Shown here: positions 11,421 through 23,060 of the stretch, piece by piece
Numbering within the stretch: the first letter of the stretch is position 1
Layout of the letters: every line of letters begins with the position of its first letter
Assembly (NCBI GenBank): GCA_023920165.1
Contig: CP089277.1
Span: 4,154,001 to 4,218,000 of the forward strand
Reading direction: 5' to 3'
DNA: 64,000 nucleotides
Origin: Curvularia clavata
Lineage: Eukaryota
Made by a program: the position numbers and the translations under genes
Notes under the pieces: generated by a model
What the model saw: the letters and a program-made list of their open reading frames with translations, nothing else
What the model was told of the DNA's origin: nothing
Databases searched by the model: none

Positions 11421-13672
11421 CTAATGTAGCTCCCAAGGAACGTCTTCATTACGTATGTAGGTTGTCATGCCCTCGGCATCGTCTTCAACCTCGGCTCGAA
11501 TCCGGCCATTGCCAAGAAATCCCCAAGGATCGTCATCAAGATAGCGAATGTTGTAATGCTCCCACCTTGGTGTCTTGATAGTTTTTAGGTAATGCATAGA
11601 CTATCAAAGTGGGTTAGCAATAGAGATAATTTGTCAAGCAATGTGAAAGAAAAAGCTCACCGATCCGCCCCAACACATGACTTTTCCATCCACAGTGTTG
11701 TTCTTGTACCAGCTCTTGCAATCGCCACTGAAGACGCTGGTGGTCATCCACTTGTCCACGTACTCATTCAATTTGTCTGTGATGTCAGTCCTGACATCTA
11801 ATGCCTTGATACGTTCTGTCTGCATCTTCTTTACAGCAGCAATGACGTATTCAATCTGTGTTTCTAGGCAGGGTAACACTGTTCCGTTACCCAAATTTCC
11901 TCTTGGACCGTTCATAACCCAATAATTCGGGAAATGCGGAGCAGCAATGCCAAGATAGCATTTGGGGCTGGGAATCCATGCCTCCTTGATGTCAACACCA
12001 TCGACTCCCTGCAGTCTGAAATGGGGGGTCCAGGCGATGTCGAAGCCTGTGGCGCAGATGATCACATCCACGTCCTGATGGAGACCATCCGCAGTGATCA
12101 GGCCTGTTTCGTTGACAGATTCAATCTCCTTGAAGTGGCACTCCACATTCGGTTCAATGAGGGCCTCAAGATAACCATCACCCGGTGTCAAACGCCTGCA
12201 GCCGACCGGCCACTTTGGTATCAGCTTCTCTGTGAGCTCACCGTGATTTCCTAGCCTCTTAATCATCTCGCTCTTCATGTACCATTCAGCCATGCGAGAT
12301 GCTTCGGTATCTTTGTAGAATATCCCAAATCCACGGTTGATAGCAGCTTCAATTTCTTTTCGATACTTGAGGTGCGCTTCTGGTCTGTTCTCCAGATACT
12401 CTATCTCATCTTTCCGGAAAAAATATTGTTGTACGAGTGGATTTGCAACCGCGTATAAATCTGGATTCTCTGGGCTGGGAAGATCAATCTTAACACGAGG
12501 CATTGGCGGCGCGATCCAAGTAGGGCTTCTCAAGTAACACTCTATCTTCTTGGCAACTTAGGGACTCATGTCAGTATCAGAATTGAATAGATGACCTTAT
12601 CAAAGAGACGAACTAACCTTTCTGAACTTGAGGAACGATTTGTATCGATGAAGAACCGGTGCCAATCACCGCAACACGCTTGCCGGAGTAGTCAACAGAA
12701 CCTATTAATCAGTAAAGAATAGTTTCTGTGACATAAGGTAAAGGTGACCTACTATCCCAGTGCGCAGAATGCAGCAACGGTCCTTGAAATGAGTGCAAGC
12801 CCTTGATATCAGGCCCTATAGGGTTAGAATATAGAATTGTGCTAAAAGAAAATAGGTGCCATACATCTCCATCGGTTTAGAAGACCTGAACCATTGATCA
12901 GAATGTCGCACCAGTCGGTGAATGTTTTACCATCGTGCTCGATTTCCACTTCCCATTGTCCTTTGTCTTCGTACCATCTAGCCCCGAGGATTCTGTGATT
13001 TAGCTTCACGAATTTCTCTAAATCTTGGTCGCGGTAAAACTTCTCGAAATAGTCAAGTATCTCAGGTGAGTACTATCATTATTCTCAATCAGTGTTTGTT
13101 CCCATGTAGCTGGTTATACTCAACATACGGCATAATAAGACGACCACTTGGGATTTGGTAGGAACGAGTACGTGTAAACGTGAGCAGGACTATCAACTTT
13201 TAGTGTTTGAATCGTCGTAATTTTTGTTGCATCATGAGTCTTACACATCACACGCACAACCAGGATAACGATCTGAAATCATGTCAGCGTTTGTTTATTC
13301 GCACTGAAGGCGCCAAACAATACTTTCAAGCCAAGTGCCTCCTATAGACGCATTTTTCTCATAGCATACCAATTGATAATTCCGCAATTGATTGCGCATT
13401 TTGTAGGCTGCACATAGCCCTGTGGCACCAGCACCAACATGAATGATACGTATCGTCCTTGGTTCCGAATGCCACTGATCAACCAAACCAGAAATTGGAT
13501 CACGCTGTGGGGCACGAGTTCCTGCAGGTGAATCAGTACCATTGGCAACTGATCCCGGAGTTTGATGTATGGTTTCTCCTGGTACGCAGGTCCTGGCGGA
13601 AGTTCCGTTGGGGAAAGACTCGTTGATGCCGATGGCGTTGCCCGAGTACTCGCTCATCTCGGCAGTATTCAT
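11421..13672 (-). CDS. Flavin-dependent Baeyer-Villiger-type monooxygenase, 8 exons
   Basis: [27 protein letters not shown], fingerprint FQGPLLHSAHWD, second Rossmann VIGTGSS, ATGFD. Seven GT-AG introns; last exon ends ...NEDVPWELH* at 11421. Confidence 0.93.
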
Positions 13673-13964
13673 GTTGTATCTTTGAACAAGGAGTCCACAG
13701 TTTCAATCGTGACTTCGCTATATGTGAGAAAACGAATGTGAATATTAACATTCATCTTGTTACCTTGTCAGGAGACATGACTCTACCGGCGTGATCTTTG
13801 TGCAACCCTGCTCGCCCAGCTACTGTCAGCTGCGCCTATCTAGTGTCAGTTGCACTGAGTCATGCCAAGGCGATTACGTCATTCGAGGTCAGCCCTGACC
13901 TAAGTCTCATCCGTGTCTCTCATCCACAACTTTTGGTAGAGTTGTTGGCGATCCAACTTTCATC
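13673..13964. promoter_or_regulatory. Bidirectional promoter with candidate bZIP sites
   Basis: 292 bp between divergent ATGs. TGAGTCA 13856-13862, TTACGTCA 13874-13881, palindrome AGGTCAG-cc-CTGACCT 13886-13901, three TGTCAG hexamers. Confidence 0.55.
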
Positions 13965-15069
13965 ATGAGACAAACTAACATTCAAGCACCTCAACCTACT
14001 TCAGGCTCCGGATATTCGTTGATTTACTCGCTTTACCTCCATTGCGTAGCGTATCTCCTTCGCCAAGCTGTCGCCTTATTTACGGGCACTGGCTCACTTT
14101 TCACCAAACATGGCACTATAGGTACACCTGGTCTCGGCAATGGCTTTGTTAGATACTCCGTCTGTATTCCCAAGCAGAATGGAAATCCAGGGAAACCTTT
14201 GCCAATCATTCTCGTATTCGAAGGCGGTGGCTTTATCCTAGGACAACCATCAGACGGCGAACGTAATGATCGATTGTTATCCGACAACGTCAGTCTTTTA
14301 ACTCATCACTTCATGCATCTGCTTACTAACCTTCCACCAGCTGAACGCCGTAGTTCTCTCAGTTGAATACGCCAAGTCTCCCAGGTATCCCTTTCCACAC
14401 GCCCTACTTCAGCTATACCAGGTTTTGCGGTGGTGTTTGTCTCATGATGGAGAGAGCGAGCTAGGTGTGACTATTGATCCGAGCCGTGTTGTCTTCATGG
14501 GGAACTCCGCTGGAGGAAATCTGGCTGCATCACTCTCACTCTTGACTGCCTTTGAGATAGGGCCATGCGCCAAGTTTCGGGATGATCTTCCAAGGAATTA
14601 TCGACAAGTAGCTCAAGTCCTCTTGTACCCTAGCACGGCATGTCACCAGCTTTACCGCCTGCGGTTCGCAAATACCACCTCCCAAGTGCAAGCTCGATCC
14701 ATTCCGGTATGGGTGGCGGAATTGATGGAAGGGTCTTATCTGCCACCTGTGGTGAATAGACAGCAAATCTTCGTCGGCCCTTTGTTAGCAGACGTGGAGT
14801 TGCTAGAAGAGCTAAGATCCAACATCGCGCCAGTTGCATGCTTTGTCGCGGGATTGGATTGTTTGAAGGGCGAAGCTATGCAGTATTGCCGAAAGCTGGA
14901 GGAGGCAGGCGTCCAAGTTTATGTCAAAGAATATGCAGAAGCGACTCATGGGTTCTCCCATTATCCAGAAGGTAATAAGGGATACAGAAAAGACGATGTT
15001 GTTGATTGCTGGGAAGGTATTAGAGGTTTTCTCGAGGAATCTTTGACGGCACAAAATCCTGTAGGTTGA
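13965..15069 (+). CDS. Alpha/beta-hydrolase, HSL-like esterase (exons 13965-14288, 14341-15069)
   Basis: FEGGGF oxyanion loop, SVEYAKSPRYPFP, nucleophile GNSAGG, AGLDCL (Asp) and ATHGF (His). One intron GTCAGT...CTAAC...CAG. Confidence 0.9.
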
Positions 15070-15151
15070 ATAAAGTCTCAGTATCATGCAGTCAGTAAAT
15101 ACAACGCATTTAAAAATATATCGAATCTACAATCCTTATATAAAAAAGACC

Positions 15152-16522
15152 TCAATTATCAGGTCCAAGGTCACAATTACTGTACTGATTATATTTGTCT
15201 AAGAACCCTTTCCCTACTTTCCAAAAATCATATCGCACAGCCTGTACTTCGATCATCTTATACACGTCAATGCTTGCAATGAGATCGCCACAGATTGCAA
15301 AAGACGGTGGCCAATATGGAGAAAGATTCTTGAGTAATTCAATACCTACGTCTTCCGGCGAGACGGTCAAGGCATCGCGAATCAAAGCTTGCCTGAGGTC
15401 AGGCCAAACAAGCATATTGATGGATATGCGGTGCGGAACAGTATACTCAATTGTTGTAGGACGTAGAAATTCCGGGACGAGAGCGTATGATTCTGGGGTT
15501 CTAAGCACATTCCACTGGTGACTGGATGAGAATTCTAGAACATATATATATGTCAAGGCTCGCTGATAACTCACCCGTAAGTAGAGATATTGTACCCAAA
15601 AAGTTGCTAGCATCCAATGCATCGGAATAGGTCCGTACTGTTTAATGTAATGGAACAAACGGAAAGATAAGGTATCCTTGGGACCCTGTGAGAGAAGACG
15701 GGCCAAAGATGGGGTTGAAGAATCGAATTTCCCGGCTTCGTGTTCACTTCTTGCTTCCTCGAGCATCGCATGAATAAGTCTATCTGCAGGACCTTGTGGG
15801 CGTGCGTAGTTCGGAATGGGCGGCGAAGCAGGTAAAGAATAAGCCGAGTCTCTCAGCGAGGCATCATCTTCTAGTATGCCAGTGAAAGCGATTGTTCCGG
15901 GTGATGCGAGGTAGCCTGTAACTGCAGCTCCTTCGACTCCGAGTGCGTCATAGAAGCTGGTGTTATCGATGGTTTGAATGGGTATGCTTGGGAAACTTTG
16001 AAGTGACGCGCTCGTCTTGTCAACATCGTCGCTGAAAGATTGATGAGCAACATCGTGAGGAAAATCAAAGTTGTCCACAACGGTATCAAACTGGCTAGCA
16101 ACGGCATGCGCTATGATCCTTGTCTCGTTCTCAGCCTCTGTTGTTGCTGCTGTCGCCACTTCGGGGCTCCATCTCTGATGTTCATTCTCCCTTTCTAGCC
16201 GGGATTCTTTGTTGGATTGGTTTCCTGTGTTGGTCTCACTGGCAATGGTACGGATGCGGTCAATCTGCGCCACGAGATCACGGCAACGCGTCCGAAGAGC
16301 CTCGTTTTCAGCCAACAACGCTGCTACGCGCTTGTCGGTGTTGCTGTCGGCAGTCAATACCGCAATTTTCTCCTCGAGGCTATGCACATAGGCACGGCGG
16401 CGTTCGCGGTGCGTTCGCTGGCTCTTCCGATCCGTGGCCCGCTTTTTCGCACGACGTGCTGAATTCGGAGATCCCGGCACTTCGCACGAGTCTGGTGTCG
16501 GTGGAGTGATATCTACGCCCAT
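15152..16522 (-). CDS. bZIP transcription factor with DUF3425-like C-terminal domain
   Basis: Basic region KKRATDRKSQRTHRERRRAYVHSLEEKI followed by a heptad zipper. C-terminal PEFLRPT...PHRISINMLVWPDLR. Likely 60-nt in-frame intron at 15515-15574. ATG at 16522. Confidence 0.9.
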   Translation of the reverse strand: MGVDITPPTPDSCEVPGSPNSARRAKKRATDRKSQRTHRERRRAYVHSLEEKIAVLTADSNTDKRVAALLAENEALRTRCRDLVAQIDRIRTIASETNTGNQSNKESRLERENEHQRWSPEVATAATTEAENETRIIAHAVASQFDTVVDNFDFPHDVAHQSFSDDVDKTSASLQSFPSIPIQTIDNTSFYDALGVEGAAVTGYLASPGTIAFTGILEDDASLRDSAYSLPASPPIPNYARPQGPADRLIHAMLEEARSEHEAGKFDSSTPSLARLLSQGPKDTLSFRLFHYIKQYGPIPMHWMLATFWVQYLYLRVSYQRALTYIYVLEFSSSHQWNVLRTPESYALVPEFLRPTTIEYTVPHRISINMLVWPDLRQALIRDALTVSPEDVGIELLKNLSPYWPPSFAICGDLIASIDVYKMIEVQAVRYDFWKVGKGFLDKYNQYSNCDLGPDN

Positions 16523-17858
16523 ACTGGAAAGAAAACGCAAAGCATGAGGACGGATAAAGTGTAAGGGACAGGAGGTAGCACCCAGGTACGTATTTATTGG
16601 ATGTCTTTAGAATACGCTATACGGTATTAGCGTGGCGCCAGTGGGCCTGACCCGATAAAACGCAAAAATGCGGGGCAGCCACCAAACCCCGCAGCACCGC
16701 TTGCACGTGCATCAAGTTGCCTCTTCCTGTGTTATATGGTTGAGCTTGTCCAGTATAGCCGGACATACAATAAAGGCGGCATGGTTGACGAAAGCCACTT
16801 TTGCAATGGCGTCGAACTGTACCGTGACTAGAGAGACTTTTACAGCTAGGTATTGGCATATGTGTGAAAGTAGGAAGATGTCGTTCTTCAGTCGCTTGGC
16901 GAGACCCACATGCTATCCCGCATACAGCTGCTTCAACTCATTCAGCGACATCGTTTCAATGCACGAACAGTTCACTGCTTCGGAGGTCATAGTTTCGCTG
17001 CTTTTTGGTGTATGTGGAGGCTAAGTCGTTCTTCTATCTCAATCCCTAGAAACTGGTAAACTCCACGAGGACACAACAGTAAGTAGTTTTGAGGATGTGG
17101 GTAGAGACACTACGATACAATCCTTTCAAACCATATCGTAGTCACCTGACCTAATTAGTGATTAGCAGGCCTTAGTTAACTAGCTAGCACTACTAAGTAA
17201 CTAATCGGACTCGACAGCTGCTGTAGCAGAATTGCGCGTGCTCCGCACTAGTCTGTCATCTCAATAGTCATGATTACCTCAATAATAAAACTTAGCTTCT
17301 AGTATATATAAAGATAGCTGTCAGCTACATTCTAAAGTATAAACGTAGCAAGCCAGGTCTTCAGCCACCCTTCAGCTTCGCAATACTCTTTTCACCAATC
17401 TTCATAGTATCAGCTCATCATCACTACTATAAAGGCCTTATCAACTCTATTCTTAAGGCTGATCATACAAAACTCCAAGAATTATTACCTAATAGAGATT
17501 TTAGATCGCTACCAGACTCCAGCAAAAAGCACATTTTCACCGATTATTTAAGCGTCGTCTTATGGCTCCATACAAATGTTAAGAATATTCTATTAAACAC
17601 TCGTCTTACAGCTTTGCCATTACTAGTGTATCTTTTCTTATCGAGATATGTATAGTAGGAATGCGTACATGTGGTGTGTACATTCTCTGCATGCGTCTTG
17701 AATGGAATAAAGGTAAGAAGTCTGATAGCAGCGAGCAATAAGTGAGGAAAGAGTAAGGTTGACTCATACCGCTCTAGGGCTTCTAGCTGTCTGTATTTAT
17801 ATAGGTGGGAAACATATTTCCATAGTAGCTCTTCTCGACACTATTTCTATGCTAGAGG

Positions 17859-18145
17859 TGTGATGGGGTGACACCGGCCCGGCTTGGCTGCCCAGCTCGG
17901 CTGACCAGCTCGACCGTCCGGTGCGACTGTCCAGCCTTGGTGGCGCGCGAGCCCCTGGCTTAAGCCTCGCTTACGCGCACCGGCCACCTGCTCGACTTCC
18001 TAATGCGGCTATCTGGCCTCCTCGCTTGCGCGCACCGGCCATCCACCATATATACCACCCACAGTAGATAGCCGAGATCACTCCTCACGCAGTATCTCAC
18101 CAAGTAGAGCAATCGAACACTTCAACCCACTTCGTGCCTCTTACA
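17859..18145. mobile_element. Solo LTR (287 bp) with 5-bp TSD
   Basis: Starts TGTGA and ends TTACA; AGAGG on both sides (17854-17858, 18146-18150). Internal near-duplicate cctcgcttRcgcgcaccggcca and a TATATA box. Confidence 0.85.
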
Positions 18146-18279
18146 AGAGGTGTATAGTAGGGAGTTGAGTAGTCTATCCGCGGGTATCTATGCCCCGTGG
18201 CCCACCAGTGCGCCGACGTCGTAGCGCTGTCGACACTGCGGCGTTACAAAAGCAGACACTGGGGGCAAAAGTTTTATAT

Positions 18280-19200
18280 TCACCTTCTTTACTACAGACA
18301 TACCAACACAATAGGACTCATCATACACAGATAAGAAAATTAGATATACAGCTAATAATTTCTATTGCACGCGTTAGAGCAGCAAAAGGGAAAGAACCAC
18401 AAGAGCTGTATAGCTTCCAACAGGTCAAAGTCTATTACTGATTTTGAATACAGCAGTTATGAATACAACGCAAATACAAAAAGCAATTATCCACAATATT
18501 CCTCAAATTTAAACGCCGCGATTAATAGAGCGATTTTAAAATTAAATAAATATATAATACCTACACTCTCTATTATCTTATAGAAAGAGTAGTTGATTCT
18601 TAGACAAACTTATAGCAAATTCGATACCGCTATATACTTACAAGAGGTTACAAAACAAGCAGAAGGTCTCTAGTATCCTACAGTTAGGAAATACATATTC
18701 TTTAAAGTAAGTATTATTAAAAATCAATATAATTAGTAATGATCTATCTAGAAATATGATCTTAGATAATATATAAGTAGGACATGTCTCCATATAGCTT
18801 AGATATTTATCTTAGATAGTAAGTAGTGCGCTATAAGCTATTAGCAAAGCACTTTATTATGCTTCTTTTATAAATTCTACACGAAGAATCTTCGCGATCT
18901 AGAGTAGAATTATAAATTCAGCAATTAGGTCGCGTATGATAAGCTAGCTTATATACTATAGATCCAACCTCCTACAATAGATAGCTAGAAGAAGATCTAT
19001 ATAGTATAGTCGTATATTAAAAAGTAATACAAACATCATCTATTCAACTAAATGCATATCTTATTCCGCTTCTCCTACTCCTATCTACGCCCTGATAGCG
19101 CCTTCCTATATAAAGTTGAATATTTTATCATTCTTATTAACGATATCTGACTCTCGTAATAATGCAAGCGCTTTTTCTAAGTAAATGTTAAATCCATAGC
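18280..19200. other. AT-rich, TpA-rich RIP-like relic sequence
   Basis: Abrupt drop in GC, dense TAG/TAA/TAT, no credible ORF. Family not identifiable. Confidence 0.55.
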
Positions 19201-19460
19201 AGCACAATCAACGTTTACAGATAGGAAGATGTCACCGGGTGGGTTTCCGCACTTTTATTTGCTTAAGAGGCCCTTATGATGGTTAACCCATCGGTAAGTC
19301 GCATCTAATATCGCCGTCCCATCTGAAGCCGGCAATGCGATAGATAACACCAGAAGACAGCCTCCCGGTACAAATTTTCCCTCTGCTGCAAACATTATAG
19401 AAAATATTTGAACACGTAATCTATTGGTAATAGATAAAAAGAAAGATTGTAAAACAGTGG

Positions 19461-20635
19461 TTACAAGACTGGGAGAAGCCCTACTTCAATGCAACATAGC
19501 TTCTTGTGTTTCTGTAACCGGAAGGGTGATGTGAAGGGCCGGTGGCATCGCTCGCAGGGAAACATGTTTGTTTGAATGATCTTCTGTCTTATAGTGGCTA
19601 TAGAGACACCTTCCTCCTTCGCTAAGTGTGAATGCGACATCAAGTGAGGCTTCAATGCGGTTGATCTGGCAAAGCTTGTCTTGCATATCTCGCAGAGGGC
19701 TTTTCCTGAGATAACTAGGGCACTCCCTTGGGTTTTAGAAGCATTCATGGCGATCGTTCGATGTGATTTGGAGCCTAGGTGTATAGCGAGGTTTTGTTTA
19801 GTGCGATACTTCGTACTACAATCCCTACACTCAAACATCCCCAAAGCTAAAGCATTGTTTTGGACCTCAATGATTTTCTGACGATATCGGCTATAGCTCT
19901 CAGGGTTGTGTTTCATCTTTTTCCATCTAGCTTGGCCTCTAAGTACCAGTCTTCTTTTTAGCTCTTCTTTTCTCTCAGCTATTTTTTCAGCTGTAAAGGC
20001 TTCGCTTTCCTTATAAATGGGTCATTCAGAGGAGAGTGGGTGCAGCACCCGTCGTATTCAAGATTTCCGAATGACCAGGATGTCTGAGGTATACGGTAGC
20101 CCATAGTTGCCATTGCACAAGTTGAGAAAGTGAAAAGCGCCTCTAGAACATGGAATAACGAGCGAAGCCGGACCTCAGACCTCCTGGGAATCCAAGCGTG
20201 ATAGAGTATACCGCAGTGGACCAGTCGATAGCCATCCCCAAAAGCTTTCCAAACTAAACAAGGAAGAGCTGTATTCAAGTTATTTATAGAATTGTAGTCT
20301 TGAAGTCTAGCAGCAACTCCATATTTCTGGCTAGTACTGCAGCCTACATATAGCTTTGGGCGCTGTTTATTCTTATGTAGAATAAGAAGGTAGACGGCCC
20401 ACCGCTGCTCAAGATAGTCAAGAGTTGGGAAACTCTTAAGTTGTTCAATATTTGGTGGTCGTTTAGCAGAAAGCAGCTTCTTGGCGCCAGGTGTAAAGGT
20501 TACTAATGATAAAGGATCCTTTAGAGCGTTTTGAGTAGGGAAGAACATGTCTAGAGTTGGGTTCTTTTGGTAGACAGGCGTCGATTGCAGGAGGTCCCAG
20601 CACACACTGAGGATATCAGAAGAGAGAGACCTCAT
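19461..20635 (-). pseudogene. GIY-YIG-like nuclease fused to three C2H2-type zinc fingers, broken by one frameshift
   Basis: ORF 20635-19979 has WAVYLLIL...KLYVGCST...ARLQDY. A -1 shift near 20015 continues YKESEAFTAEKIAERKEELKRR... into ORF 19916-19461 with CRDC..H..H, CEIC..H..H and CERC..H..C fingers. Confidence 0.7.
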
Positions 20636-21393
20636 GCTGCTGGGTGCAGCAGAGCGCGTTGTATGTGCAGGAACTGAGATCAGACGGCAAACTTAGCTAG
20701 ACTTAAGTATGTGCTATCAAGAGTGAAAGACGACGGCTGGTGTATATCCGAAATGAAGCCGATATTAAGGACGCGCTACGGAACGTATCAGTATGCCAAT
20801 GATCTGTGCGTAAACAACCTCTCTAGGTAAAGCTGGGTTACGGTGGATCTAATGTATCGCAACGGAAATTGGAAAAATGGCATTCCCCTTCTTGATGAGA
20901 GGTACCTTATCTCTTGAAATCACTTAGACTCTGAGCGCACTGAGTGTCGGTTTTCTTGTTTCGATCTAGTTGAGGATTTGGTTTACTGCTGTGGTGTTGT
21001 GAAATTGCTGTTCTTGGCATCATGGACTGGTCGAGCAATTTAGCGCCTGGACAGCAAACTGAGATGCTGCCGAAAGTCAAGACGATAAGCGGTGGACATG
21101 TTGTTTATTTGAAAAGTTTAGAGTCAGAGCTTTAGATATCATCTATGATTTCCTCTGAAAGATATGTCGACACAACTTTGGCCTTATTATGGCAACATAC
21201 GACAACAAATCGTCTTTGCTGAGGTTGTTGTTGCCAACCATCGAGCGCAAACTTTCTGCATTGCAGAAGTATTCATACCTTCAAAACAACCTCTCAGTAC
21301 AAAGCGCCACGTATCGAACATCGATGTTTCAAGACCATGATATACTTGGACACCCCTGCATCTCTCAAGCAGTATTGATCTAGCTATATGGAA

Positions 21394-23060
21394 CTAGTAT
21401 AAGCTCTTGCAATTCCAGTTCTTGGCTTCATTAGGATCTCCGTGCCCCCTGTACTCAGCTCGCGTGGGATACATGCAGAGTGGTCGTTGTCTCAAAACCT
21501 TGTCATGAGTCGTATCGTTAACATACTTCGTAGCAATAATTTGTTCGGGAACTCTGCCCTTCTCAACCCAGGCTACTAAAGCTAGTAACACATCGTGTTC
21601 CTCGTTCTCAAAACCAGGGGTGCTATAGATCGAGTCACCAAGCTGTAGCTGTTGGTTTGCCCCAGCAAAGTACCATGGTGCATTAAAGGCTGGAGTTGTG
21701 CCCGAGCAATGGGACATGCCAGGGACATCGAAGAACTTGTAGAATGAACCAATATCAATTCCTTTGGGTTTGAGCGTGCGATAAACTTCGTTGTAGAAGT
21801 AAGGCGATGATTTGTAGGGAATGAGAGGATCTGCGAGGCCATGGTAAGAGAGGATCTTGCCGCCTTTCTTATAATATGCGGAGAGGTCAAATTTAACAGT
21901 CGCGTTTCCAGGATTGATCTTATCAGAGAGTGCGATGATAGCATCAGTATAGCTATCAAAGCGCCATTCCGGTCCGAGGCCAAGGAAATACTTTGGGTAG
22001 TCGGAACCTAGAGAATTCGGGGCGTTTGCTGCGACCAAGAATGGCTGGCCTTCAGTGCCTTTAGATAAACCAGGAAAGAAAAATGTGTTACTTTCGTCGA
22101 CATAGTCGCTATAGATGTTATGCAAAGTATGCAGCTGAGTCGTACTTAAACAATGTGATGAATTCCCAGTGCTGTTGGCGCCACAAAGGAGAGCTTCGGG
22201 ACGGAAGTTGCAGCCTTCAGGATTGGATATGATATTGTCGACCAGGCCATCTTGGGGATCACATTGCTTCAAAACTTCGGCATTGATTACTGCAAAAAGT
22301 GAAGCAGGAATGTGGTAGTCAGCCGTCTCAGGAAGATTGTATAAAGCGACGCGAATAGTCCAAGGCTGCAAATGTGTGGTCCACCAAGCGGGCGCACCTG
22401 CCAAAATGCCGTCAAAGTCCTCGGGAAATGCTTCTGCCTCTTTCAATCCTTGGCGGCCTCCAGTCGAGCAACCAGAGTAGTAGCTGTATGACACATTCTC
22501 GGCGTAGTATGCTGCGACGATTTGCTTTGAAACGACCACTGAGCCATGCATGGCTAGATAACCCCAGTTTGCGATACGCTCAGGATGTTGGTATGCCCAT
22601 TGACCGTCACCTACGGTTGAGTTGTGTCCAGTGTCTGTGGACATAACCGCAAAACCATACCGGACACCAGACGCCTTGAGCGAGATCAGCGATTGCAATG
22701 CGAACACAGTCATAGAATGCATACCATGTCTTCGTAATTAATACCGCCCGCAAATCCGCCGTTGCCGACTGCCAGAAATCGACCATTCCAGTTTTCAGGC
22801 AAGAACAACCCAAATCCGTAAGTTGAATTTTGGATTGATTGAACTTGGACAGAGATTGCACACAGAGCGGGTAAGTTGGGCGGACTGTTTGGATAGCCAG
22901 TGTCGCCCTTGGGAACCTCAAAAGTTTCGTTTGCTGCTACAACGCGAGCAAAATTCAAATCTGCACCAGTGGGCAATAAGGCTTGAATAGCAGCTGGGTT
23001 GCAAGCTGTGTTGGCGGCCGCAGCAAACGTCGCACTACTAATAATGGAATCAAACTTCAT
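21394..23060 (-). CDS. Tannase/feruloyl esterase family secreted hydrolase (2 exons, intron 22675-22724)
   Basis: Signal peptide MKFDSIISSATFAAAANTA, WNGRFLAVGNGG, GCSTGGRQG, HGLADPLI and GMSHC (CS-D-HC arrangement), RQRPLCMYP. Confidence 0.95.

Noticed and set aside
17138..17340. Possible TE terminus or second solo LTR
   Set aside because: RIP-like composition, but no matching end or TSD was found.
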